Assembly: GCF_964355755.1 (NCBI RefSeq)
Contig: NC_092671.1
Location: 33,304,304-33,368,303, forward strand
DNA length: 64,000 nt
Reading direction: 5' to 3'
Origin: Antedon mediterranea
Taxonomy: Eukaryota > Animalia > Echinodermata
This document shows positions 40,986 through 52,974 of this stretch, piece after piece (position 1 is the stretch's first letter; the number at the start of each line of letters is the position of its first letter). The position numbers and the translations under genes are program-made. The notes below the pieces were generated by a model, which was not told the origin of the DNA, did not search any database, and saw only the letters and a program-made list of their open reading frames with translations.

Positions 40986-42227
40986 GGTACTAGGACATTT
41001 TGACGAATGGCCTTTCGTTAACAGACATTTAACCGACAGACATTTTGTCGACCGGACAATTTGCATATAGGACATTTAGCCGACAGGACAATTTGCCGAC
41101 AAGAAATTCCGCCGAACTTTATCTACACGGTTTATTAAGTCAATGCGCTTTCTATTTAAAATGCATTGATCCGTCACTCAGAAAAATATGGTACGAAATT
41201 ATAACGTATTTACTCAAATACGCCCGGGCGTTTAATGTTTTAGGAGGCATTTATTCGTTTAGTGTATTATGTTAACATAATCTATATATAATCAGTTCAA
41301 AACTCATATTTATAATTAGTGTATTGATTATGACCATAAATATTGTCGGCAAAATATCCTGTCAAAATGTAACCTTGTCGGTCAATTGTCTGTTAGACCC
41401 CATTTACACTTACGTTTGGGTCCAGGGCCGGTTGCAAATATTTACCTTTTAGGCCGGCCCCACAGCGTTTACACTAGCGACGCAGATTACTGGTCATAAA
41501 TAATTTTATCGGAAGTACCATTGCATGCTGGGATACGAAGTACAGTTTGTTTAAATTGTTCTCTCTCGATCGTCAATTCAACTCTCCGCGCGAACCGACC
41601 GTTTTATATTTATACTGTATTGTTGTTTTTTGTCCCATTAAAAACAAAATGAACCCCACTGTTTTATATATAATATGGCTGTATTTTATGTATATGCGAA
41701 ACAAGCGGAGGAATACTTTATTGAAAGAAGATGTCTGAAAATAAATTTAACTATATAAATGATGAAGAAAACAAATTGTCGCCCGAAAAGGAGGAAGGTA
41801 TGTACTGAGAATGTCGGATCGTCATAACAACAACCTCATAAAAAGGTCAAACGTTGTTCATGGTTCACTGCGTAAGCCGGCCCAAACGTAAAAGCCGCTC
41901 CTGAACTTACCTGGAGAGGTGGCCCAGATCTGCGTCCGGCCCAGGGCCGGCCTAACTTTTTGGAGTATTTACACTTATCAATTGCCGACCTAGGGCCGAC
42001 CCAGGGCCGGCCTAAATCGTAAGTGTAAATGGGGTCTTTGAAAAATGTCCCATCGGTCAAGTTTCTGTCGGTCAATTGTCTGTTGACAAAGTGGTTTTCG
42101 ACAAAATGTCCTGTCAGCCAAATGTCTTGTCAGTAAAATGCCCTGTCGACAAAATGTCCGGTCGGTGAATAGTCTGTCGGCCAGTAGTCTGTCGGCAAAG
42201 TGGCATTCGGCAAAACGTCCTGTCACC
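40986..42227. mobile_element. Non-autonomous DNA transposon with GG termini, about 8-bp TSD and arrays of short subterminal repeats (Merlin-like or unclassified)
   Basis: Left ggtactaggacattttgacgaatg versus reverse-complemented right ggtgacaggacgttttgccgaatg. Flanks AAATTTGC/AAGTTTGC. Many gacatttngccgaca-like repeats in inverted orientation at the two ends. Confidence 0.75.
41395..42037. mobile_element. PIF/Harbinger-like MITE nested in 40986-42227
   Basis: Perfect 20-bp TIR AGACCCCATTTACACTTACG and subterminal CCAGGGCCGG repeats. It interrupts the right-hand repeat array of the host element. Confidence 0.88.
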
Positions 42228-42798
42228 AAGTTTGCAAACCCATACCTAATTATTAGGCAAACACTTTATCATAAGCCAGGGCTTGGCTACAGGTTTATTG
42301 ATTTGACATCCTGTCTTATGGATTAAGAAGTAGACAACAACCTGCCTACAATGATTTTACTCATAACTATAATGATAATGAACCACGAAGCACAACATAT
42401 ATCTAAAGTGTTTGTTGATTCCTTTTCTGCTATGCTAGCTGGGCAAATGTCAGAGCACAGTGGGTAACATGAACTAAAGCAACAATCTAACAATTTTATC
42501 TGAACACACAGATTGTCATCCAGTTCTATTTGTGGGTCGAAAGTCACAAGCCTACCATCTAACACAGTTGACATCTGATAACGAAGGTGGCTTATAGCCA
42601 TTATCACACTGTATTTGAATACATTAATAGTTTTAGTTCAATACATAGATCGTTAACAACACTATTTGTGTGTCATTAGACCACCCTCTAACATTTACGA
42701 CTTATCATGTTGAGTGTGTCTTATCTTATAAATTATACACTGATTTCTCTCAATATGGTTTCTATGAACCGAAGAATGTATAATGTAATAATGCGTAC

Positions 42799-42887
42799 CT
42801 TGCAGCCCTCACATGAATGGATTCCATAGTGGTAGCCAGTGGAGGTGTCTCCACATACCATGCACTTAATCAGTTCATTCAACTCAT
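42799..42887 (-). CDS. Nuclear hormone receptor exon: first zinc finger of the DNA-binding domain
   Basis: Translates as (D)[29 protein letters not shown]. Polypyrimidine acceptor tgtttcttttcag and donor AAG|gtacgc. 89 nt, phase 1 start and phase 0 end. Joins 13730 in frame to rebuild the P-box CEGCKG. Confidence 0.96.
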
Positions 42888-45623
42888 CTGAAAAGAAACA
42901 TGAAAAGTAACACATTATTTATTTGAATAAGCTGTATTTGCACGATTTTTTCGCAATAGGAATTTTTGTCTTTTCAGTTGGCTGTTTTTTTCATGTATAA
43001 ATTTTACATTAGAAACCTCCGAGTTGTATCAGAGGTACAGACAAGTTTTATAGGATTTAACATGGAGGTAAAGAGATAAGGTAAAGATGACTTAATAAAT
43101 AGTATGGCCACCTTCTACATTACAAAGATTAAATTTTTCCCCATGAAATATGAATATATACCTGATACCGTACCAGACTTTAAAAACTGAAAACTCATCA
43201 AAAATAGACCTTTATTGAGGTCTCAAGTTTAAATTTTACCATTAAAACACTTTCAGAATACTAGAAATTTTTGAAAACCAGACATATTAGGCCAGCCTAA
43301 TGTCCAATTGGGAGAGTTGAGTTGTATTTCAATATCTTTTAATGAATACTATGGAAGGAAAAAGGCCAATGCCATTTTATCAAAATAAATTTCATGAAAT
43401 ACATACAAGACTATGAATAGGAAAAATATATCTCACTAATGAAATAATTTCCTAAATAATAAACATGTTTATATTAATATACATAACACATCCATACTGT
43501 ATCTTATAAATTTAGCTAGCAAAATCGTGGCGTATGATTTTGACTTATAGACACTTTCAAACTAATCTTTACTTGGAAAATTAAAAATATACAAATGTGG
43601 CAAACATCTTCAATATCAGTGATCACACTTATCAGAAGCTAAGTACATGATGCATGACTATTGCTATGGCAACCATTCATCTATCTCTTATTGATGATAC
43701 AGACAGAAGAAAGTAGACATTGAGGAATTATCAAAAATAGAGCAAATCTTCCAAAAATCTCTACATTATAGCCACATTTCTTCAGTAGCTTCTCTAGGTT
43801 TTATCAACATTTATATTCACATTCCATATTAATTTTGTTTTCCTTCAATTTTAAGCACATTAAGCTATTTGTGATTATTTTCATTTAACAAAGAAATACT
43901 TCAATTTCAATACTTCAAGAAAATTCACACCTAGATGTGATTATTTGTGATTATTTTCAGTTCAGAAAGGAATACTTTTATTTTGAAAGCTAAGAATACA
44001 AATATTTTGGAATCTTAATTAATTTCTAGTATTTCAATGCATGTCAAATAAATTATTAAGTCTATTTATAAATTTCAATTGACTAATTAGAATAAAATGT
44101 TGATTGGAGGAAACCATTGCTATACATATAGAAAATTTAAATTCATTAATTAGAATACAATTTATCGATTGTTCTGTAAAATAGCAATGGTTTCCTGATT
44201 ATAAATTAGAATTGGAGGAAACCATTGCTATTAAATAAAGAACATTTATATTTTTTTAGTAATATCTTAGATGGTAAATCTACATTCTTGACATTTAAAA
44301 CAAAAATTCTATATTCGTTTAGTAAAAACCAGATGAAAAATTACTATGAACCATTGTTATTGTTCCAATGTTATATGTAAAAATAAATTCATTCACAATT
44401 CACTACTTGAATAATGATGCTTGTCTAATCAAGCTATTACAATTTTCCTAAAGATGATAAACTAAGACACCAGTTGAATCAATGTTAAAGAATTCATCAA
44501 TTATTCAGCAATTTTCAACGACGAAACTATTATGTCAACATTACTAAAATCAATTCTTTTGTGTATAAATGGTCATGAAAATATCAGACGTCTGAGTGTC
44601 TGGATCGAAACAGTCTAGTGTTATCATTTCAAAAGGTTTGCTTCGTTTAAAGTGTGAACTTATAGTGCAAACCAATTGATGGACATTTAGTATGCTTTTT
44701 ATGTTTGTAGGTTAGGTTATCATTATGGTTAATACTACTGGTTTAAGTTTTTCTTAAAGGTTTAGTTCAAATCATAAATTTGTTACTTTAATTATTATAA
44801 ATATTTGGAAAAATGCATTTAAACATAACACCACCTTACCAACAACTAAATGTATATCTGTATAATAATAATAATGTTGTATGATTTAAAATTTCTTTGC
44901 ATATATGCAGAATGTAAATAATAAAAAAAGCATGTTATATATCATTGAGTTGCATCCAAGTGGCCGGAAACCAAGCTTTAGAAAAAAATATGCCAACACA
45001 CAAAAAAATCAGCCATATTTTTTTTAATCCTTAGGCCTATGTGATCATGTTTGAAATTGCCATTAAATAAATTCAGAACAATATGTTGACATTGTTGATA
45101 AGGGTGATCTCCTACTACTTTATCATTAAAGCCTATAACTTAAAACTGTTAAAAAAATCACCTCAATTGCCTTTTAAACCCAAAGATGTTTTTAAAAAAC
45201 GAGCAATGATCACAAATAACCAATTAAATCATGGTATAATACATGAGAATAATAATCTATACAGTGGATCAATTTCTCAGAAGTGTTTTAATTCTTGTTG
45301 CTAACACTTAAAACCTGGATAATGATGTAATGTCAACAGCAAATAAAAACGCACACAATATCTGACCTACTCGCAACAGACTGCTTGATGCCGTGACTAT
45401 GACGTGAGCAACTTTCATAGGATTTCAACAGTTTACATTAAAGTAATCTATAGCTTCTAAGAATAGTATGTTGTTTAAATAGAATTTTTTCTTTAGTTTT
45501 AAAATCCAATAGACCTAAGATAATCTAAAGTAAATCACTGTAGAAATATAATATATTTCATAATGTGAATGTTTCTAGATTAATCGCAATCTCTAAGAAC
45601 CATTTTCTTGAATGTTTTAAACA

Positions 45624-45767
45624 TGCAATAGTATACAAATAATGAATGTATATGAGTATGATGGTACAAATAATTTCATTTGGTAAAAGATGAAATTCTA
45701 TTTTCAGAAGGTCCAAGTGAAAATAGAATTTCATGTTTCACAGAATGAAATTATTTATACTATTGCA
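45624..45767. repeat. Palindromic (hairpin) element
   Basis: ATGAAATTCTATTTTCA-n10-TGAAAATAGAATTTCAT core, extended by AAATAATTTCATT/AATGAAATTATTT and TGCAATAGTATA/TATACTATTGCA. Confidence 0.75.
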
Positions 45768-45976
45768 CAAATATAAAAACATTCAATATTTGTTTTATAT
45801 AACATCTAAATAAATTCTTGTAATTGCCAATGTTCTGATCTTCTTGTTATATTTCTACGATCTATCCAGTGTCGTCTGTCAAACTTCAATGACAAGGGCA
45901 GAATCGGGGAGGTTCCACTTATGGTGCGCATTCCTTGTTTTGACAGCTAAAATGAAATTAGGAACTACTTTTGGTA

Positions 45977-46786
45977 CCGTATATTTCGGTGTATAAGTCG
46001 CACTTTTGACACGCAAATTTGACCTCTAAATTAAGGGTGCGTCTTATACACCGAACATAAATGCCTCACCACACAGATTGTACATAGGCCTAGCCTAGGC
46101 CTATCGTCACCTCGTTTGCTAGGCCTGAGTAGGCTAGGCCTAGCTAAAGTAACTAACTAACGTAACGGCAACCTGCTTCTGCCTAGTTTTCAAGGCATTT
46201 TAGCATGATGTTATACTAAAAATATGATGAAAAGATTTGTTCATTATGGCGATAAAATTTAATTTGTAAACGTTTACGTACGATTGGAATAGTATTTATT
46301 TATACAGTAGTTATACGCACGATCGCCGTACCCCCAGCGCAAGCCCTTCTTGGCGGCCACATGGTGTACGGTATTCGACTAGTATATTCTCCAGGTGATT
46401 ATAGCATGGACCTAGCGTATACACTTCTTAGATACATGGATACTAATTGAATACGATTGTCCGTGAAAACGTCCGCCCTCTCGAAATGATCGAGCGAGGC
46501 TAGCACACATGTACGTGTATACACACATGGTCATGCACTCGATGTTGCGGCTGTTGAGGCTGGGCGCGGCCGAGCCTAGGTAAGAAAAAACCTAAATAAA
46601 GGACGCCGTTGCAGATATAACAAAATATATTATTACAATAATATTGATTACAATTTAAAAAAACATTGTTTTGATGAAATATAAGGTGCGTCTTATACAC
46701 CGACGATATAAAAAATACCGATATTTTACTCTCAGTTAGGGGGTGCGTCTTATACACAGGTGCGACTTATACACCGAAATATACGG
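45977..46786. mobile_element. Tc2/pogo-like MITE, 810 bp, opposite orientation to 30388-30943
   Basis: Perfect 27-bp TIR CCGTATATTTCGGTGTATAAGTCGCAC, TA flanks, and arms shared with the first copy. Confidence 0.94.
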
Positions 46787-47993
46787 TACCTATTTTTGAC
46801 AGACTATATTCTACTTTAGTGCTTTTCCTTCCTTAGAAAATCCTGGATATTCTTCTGAATGATGGACCTCTATTCATTTTTATCATGTATACATGTCTGT
46901 ATCCTTTTTCTGTTCTAAGTTGGTCACCAGTTTCCATCACACCATGTACAGTTTGTAGCAAACTGTGGGTTTCTCTTATTATTAATGCAATTTCTGGTAC
47001 TTAATTATGTCTTGTTACACCTAGTAGTTAGTGAACTGTCCATCTCATTCACATGGTTCTTGGCTATTTTCTCAATCCCTGTCAAGTTGTAGCTGTAGTT
47101 CAGATATTTCTGGGGCATTCTCTATTTGTATTTACCTTGTTGGTTTCATGTGAGGGCGTGCCTAGTAATGCTGTGTTTCGGTTTCCTCAGTGTATGATAA
47201 GTCCCCTCTAACTCTTTCCTGGTCAATGTATATTTAAGTAAAAATAATTTAAAACATGTGTATAAAACACTGTAATGCTATTGTCCAAATCAAACTTAAA
47301 CCAGGTCTTGGTGGGGACAATTGTTCATTTGCAGTACAGACATGTGATGTTAAAAGTTATTCTTATAGTTAAACAGGTTTTATGCATTCATCATAACACT
47401 AGTAATTTACCCTACACTGAGTCAATTTGTACATCAAATATCAAGTAATATGTATATATTTCCTGAGCACTTTATATATTAAAACATAATCACATATTTT
47501 ATATATTTCACTTCAGCATACTACCAAAAATAAATCTTCCTGTATATGAAAAATTTCTCTCAAATCTTGTAATCATTCTGAAACTGTAATAGGTGTCAGT
47601 GAACCAGTAAATCTTGTCATTGATGGATATGAAAACTGAACATTATGTTTGATTTAAATTCAACACTGGTACATCATAATGTCACCATGATTAATAGTAT
47701 AAACAAACATATTCACACAGGTTGATATTGGGGATTAACAAAACACATAGGTTTATTGTACACACACAAATATAAAAGCATGTCCACACAGGCATTGTTT
47801 GGCAACTTGTGGTAGAAAGATAAAATGTGTGTACAAATTTGTAATAATTTGACACCATCCTCTTGCCAGTATGTGCCATACTTCCTGCATTTTTCTGAAT
47901 TGCACTGTATGCTAAGGTTGGTTTTCCATGTAGACCTCAAGATCTAGTGTATGTAAGGACACTGGTCATGGTGTTCACAGAAGGCATAACATT

Positions 47994-48522
47994 AAACAAG
48001 GCCAACAGCCATTAAGTCGCGTGCTACAATGCATAGTGATACCGGACCGACAGACAGACCGACCGTCAGACATAGTGAACTATAGAGTCGCGACTAAAAA
48101 GGCATAATTTTTGAACTTTTTCATAAAAAACGTGCGCAAATTATCCATTTCGACGTGCTCGTATGAAGTAATTTTAAGTCGAAATTGTTTAAAAGTTGGT
48201 AAAATTATTAGAAAAGGCTGCAAAAACATAAATCACGCGAAAAAAGTATGTATTTAACGCTACGTGCGCACCGCTATTTGGTTTTTGACCTACAGTATGT
48301 TAAATACGAGAAAATTGTTAAATCGCGCGTAAATCATGTTGCGCAACTCTAACGTCATTCACAATAGGAGGTGCACAATTTCACGTAAATGCCCACATGT
48401 TGACATCAAAACAGTTCAAAAAGTACAGAAAAGCAATAAAACGCATAGTGATACCAGACCGACAGAGACAGACCGACCGACCGACATAGTGAACTATAGA
48501 GTCGCGTGCACGCGACTAAAAA
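47994..48522 (+). mobile_element. Helentron-associated (HINE/DINE-like) non-autonomous element with duplicated 3' module
   Basis: Starts AAACAAGGCC...AGTCGCGTGC and has GACA/GACC microsatellites. Ends with the perfect 18-bp palindrome AGTCGCGTGCACGCGACT (48500-48517) plus AAAAA. The terminal module also occurs at 48031-48100 with a shortened palindrome. Confidence 0.65.
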
Positions 48523-50509
48523 TGTATGTGTAAACACCACTCATAAAATAGATATGATATACCATTAAAAACCAACCTATAGAATAATATTTTATATTAC
48601 ATTTTTTTTAAACCAAAAGGAAAGAAAAATTTAAATAACATCGATCCATTCAATTTGTAACAGTAGGTATGATATTAATAAAATAATAACTGCTTTTTGT
48701 GTTGAATGAAAATAATGTTTGAAATATTTAACATTGCTTGATTGACCCTTCAACAGTTGAATGGTCAATTTGAAAGATTCAATGGTTAAATGGTCAATCT
48801 TTCAACTCTTTAATATTTTCACATTTAACTCATAAACATTATCTATTTAGGCTACTAGAGATCATTCATCAAACTACTTCAGAAATTGATCAAGATCAGA
48901 ACTGGTCATCAGTATTAAAGTGTTCAGACAGGAAGCAAATCATTGATAAGATAAAAATAAACTGAATGAATTCTAATATAACATGGCCATAATTGATTGT
49001 TTTTTAGGGCTGGCTGGTTCAGCTAGCTTCAGATTTATTAAATCAATGTGAACATTAATCATGACTGGTTCTTTCATCAAGTTATAAAGCTGGACAGGAA
49101 GCATTTGATGAAAGAAAAATAGGACACTATAATGTGAATATTAAACTAGCTTAAAAGTGCACAGTATAAGAAATACAGTGGGTTGGCATGATCTGTGTGT
49201 ATTAAATCATTCATCAAATGACTTTCAACATTAATCACAGCCATTCTGTTCTGGTTCAACGCTTGGCAGGAAATGCATAAAGTGCCTAAATCAACTACCC
49301 TTAAATGTATCATATTTTTCATATAGGCCAAAAATAATTTCAAATTGTAATGTCTTTATACATGCCTCCATCCATATATATTGTGGCAAAGTGAAAAGTG
49401 AATCAGGGGTGTAGGGGCTGTAGGGTTGTGCACTCCCCATTTGGAAACTGAAATGAAATTATGAATAACAATGTGGATTACCCTACATAGGAAAGCAGTC
49501 TACTGCCTGGGAAAAACCCATTAGAAAAAACCCGCTTGGGAAATTAAACACTGCTTAGGAAAAACCTTTTATTTGATATGTGATGAATAAATGTATTCAT
49601 ATTCAATGTAATTGTGCTGTGCAGAGGTGGGCAGAAACTTACAACTTCACCTTCTTCCACCTAAATGTTAAGGCCTAATTTCAATACAGCATTAAGTAAA
49701 TAAACCTTGGATAATTGTTTTATTCTTTGCTCCCCCTTAATTTTGACGCCCACTTCTTCAGCTCTACATCCCTGACACCAGTTTATTTACACCGCTTCTT
49801 CACATGATATATTTTATCCTTATTATAGACAAGTAATATAGTGTTACTATGTATCATATTATGTGACACCTGTATTATATTAAAGGGTTACGTTTGCTAT
49901 GATACATATGTGACACCGTAATATAGAATTTGTCCATGATACAAATTATACAGTATCGAGAATTGGCTAATACAATATTCATAGTCATATGTTGTACATC
50001 ATTTCTCATGAAATCAACAGACACATCTATGGTAATTTCCATCAACACCATACTCATCTATTTATGATCGATAAGTTTGAATTGTCAAATACTTGTCAAA
50101 AATTTCACATAGTATGATCAGTAATATTCATTTGAAATGTTTTTTTTTAAATACTACATCATTGTATTGTATTTTTCCATGACAATTATTTTCTCTTATC
50201 ACTTCTTTATACTCAGTGACCGCTTCAGTGTCCTCCCACGTGGCTCAGAGGACTCCACCATGATCAGCGCATCCCGAAACAATCCCCTATCAGCAATCTT
50301 TTTTAACACAGTATACAAAGTTCTTTGTAGTGCATTAGTACACTGCAGGACCATCAACTTTAGGTGATCAGTATACATAATATGGCACAATAAGGTTTTA
50401 GAACACATGCCTTATTTTTCTTTTCTCTTACAAACAGTTTTCAAAAAGTCCATCTATAATTGCTGGTTGTGATCATCCCAATCTAAAAAACAATTTTTAA
50501 CCACAATGC

Positions 50510-52183
50510 CAGGCCTCGAATTTGGGGATTTTAGGGGCAAGGCCATTTGGCCTCCGGTTTTCATTGATTTGAGGGGCACCAAGGCCAAATGGGAGGGCAC
50601 CAAGGCCATTTGTTTTAAATCGAAGGGGCACCAAGGCCAAAATTAAAAAATATTTTAATAACTAGGCCAAAATTTAAAAATAGCTTGTTTCCGGTTGAGC
50701 GCCCGGGTGGAATTTTTTTCAAAAAAAAAAATTATACCCGCAAACATTTTTGGGGGAATTTCCCCTATTCATCAGATTGCGTAGTAGTAGTAGGAGAGGA
50801 CTGTCTACATCTTTTTGTATTTCATTATATATAAATATTACGTGTATTTACGATCCATATAAATAATAATTATTAAGGTACGATGTTTAGCGTTCACAGT
50901 TGTTTCGTTTAGTTTCAAACAATGCGATCAAAAAAAGGCATGTGAAGCCAGGCCCAACGGGTAAAGACCCTAACAACAGCAAGCACTTAGCAGCACTAAG
51001 GCGCAGCGGACGGAGAACACAGGTTACAAAAACAATTTGTTTGTAGGCCTTAACTACAACTATTCATACACAGAGTGTTAACCACGGTAAAAATCAAGCC
51101 AATGACATTATGTTGTAGAATATAAATTATTGTTATTTTCCGAGTTTCGAATTCTGAAGCTTTTTTGTTAGTATAATCCATATTCATAAGAATTCAAAAC
51201 ACGGACGGACGGACGCCGACCCCTCTCTCTCTGTTTAGCCTTCTGCACGTGTATTGTGGACTATACCATTTCCTTGAGTTCGGTAAAAACGCGTTTGTTA
51301 ATTTAGTGTACGACGTCGTTAAACAAGATTTTTCGATGATCTGTCGGCTGGATTATTGAGGTGGGTGCGATAAAATAGAAATATAATATACTTCCAACGG
51401 TCTTCGGGTTGAGGTACCGGTTTAACTTTAGTACTAAAAGTTGACACCCCTAATTTTACACGTATAATGGAATGGACTACACCATGCAGGAACGCACATG
51501 GTATTTTCATATCAGAGGGTGCGTGTACGTCAAAAGGAATTGTTTTTCCAACGACCGATCCTTCGTACTCACACGTACGACGACGACGTCGTGTGAAATT
51601 TCTTATCAGAGGGTGCGTGTGCGTCAAATGGAATTGTTTTCCCAATGTATTGAATCGCGTGTGTTTGTTGATCGGATCGGCGGCGGGAGGATAGGCTGGC
51701 TAGGACAAGGAGTGCATGTAATTTTTTTTTCAACGAAGGCGGCTAGCTCGATTATTGAGGCGGGGGTGGTGCGACTTTAATACTTTCAGTGACCTCCGAT
51801 CGAGGAACGTTTTTAGCTTTATTATTAAAAGTGTACACCCCTGTATTTTAATGTACTATCTATACCATTATTTACCACGCACGGCGGCCGGGACGTTATT
51901 GTTTTGGTTATATAAATATGTTCGATGTTTTCTCTAAATGCGTTTAGGGAAATCCCCTTGCAACGAAGACAGGCGATAGTTTTGCGTCTCGTCCGATATT
52001 CTTGACATTATTTTCTATCTACTTCAGTGGTTTTTATTGTGGTAAAACTCGGGAAGGGCACTCACGGCCAACGCAAAAAAAAGGGCAGGCCAGTAGTGGC
52101 CGTGGGTGCTATTAATTTTCGAGGGCATTGAGGCCAACTGGGAGGGCACCGACGGCACTGGCCGCGGTAAAATTCGAGGCCTG
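50510..52183. mobile_element. hAT-like non-autonomous element, 1674 bp, with 6-bp TSD
   Basis: Perfect 14-bp TIR CAGGCCTCGAATTT, CAATGC on both flanks, GGGCACCAAGGCCA subterminal repeats, CpG-rich interior, no transposase ORF. Confidence 0.88.
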
Positions 52184-52385
52184 CAATGCAATCATGGACT
52201 TAGTTTGACCCCATCTCAGAAGGTCACTGAATGGTGTAAACATTTGATTATTCTCCATGGATAATGAACATTACACACAAAAAAAACACAAATTACCAAC
52301 AAATGAGCAATTGGTTTATAATGTGAGTAAAATTTAGACTGCAACAATGCTTATGAATAAAATACCAAGAATAATGTTCTTTGAT

Positions 52386-52595
52386 GATTTCTTTTATTGG
52401 TAACATTGGTCTCAATTGATAACCTACTGCTTGTTAGAGATTTCTTTTATTGGTAACATTGGTCTCAATTGATAACCTACTGCTTGTTAGAGATTTATTT
52501 TATTGGTAACATTGGTCTCAATTGATAACCTACTGCTTGTTTGAGATTTCTTTTATTGGTAACACTGGTCTCAATTGATAACCTACTGCTTGTTA
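52386..52595. repeat. 53-bp tandem repeat, about 4 copies
   Basis: Units start at 52386, 52439, 52492 and 52545 and are near-identical. Confidence 0.97.
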
Positions 52596-52629
52596 TCTTT
52601 AAATAGTTGGTACTATAAACCCCTCTTTT

Positions 52630-52974
52630 GGGACACTCCTATTTAGGGACACTCCTATTTAGGGACACTCCTACTTAGGGACACTCCTACTTAGGAACAC
52701 TCCTATTTAGGGACACTCCTATTTAGGGACACTCCTATTTAGGGACACTCCAATTTAGGGACACTCCAATTTAGGGACACTCCTATTTAGGGACACTCCT
52801 ATTTAGGGACACTCCTATTTAGGGACACTCCTATTTAGGGACACTCCTATTTAGGGACACTCCTATTTAGGGACACTCCTATTTAGGGACACTCCTATTT
52901 AGGGACACTCCTATTTAGGGACACTCCTATTTAGGGACACTCCTATTTAGGGACACTCCTATTTAGGGAACACC
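52630..52974. repeat. 16-bp minisatellite GGGACACTCCTATTTA, 21 copies, inside a MITE (52611-53017)
   Basis: Exact 16-bp period with few variants, bounded by tactataaacccct and agggttctactgta. Confidence 0.97.

Noticed and set aside
42323-42607. 94-aa ORF just downstream of the first zinc-finger exon
   Set aside because: No nuclear-receptor similarity; the nearest acceptor gives an early stop in phase 0.
44581-44620. Minimal hammerhead-like agac...ctgagtg...cgaaacagtct
   Set aside because: The core does not match CUGANGA and the stems are inadequate.
51319-51937. ORFs inside the hAT-like element
   Set aside because: No transposase motifs; open frames are expected in GC-richer sequence.
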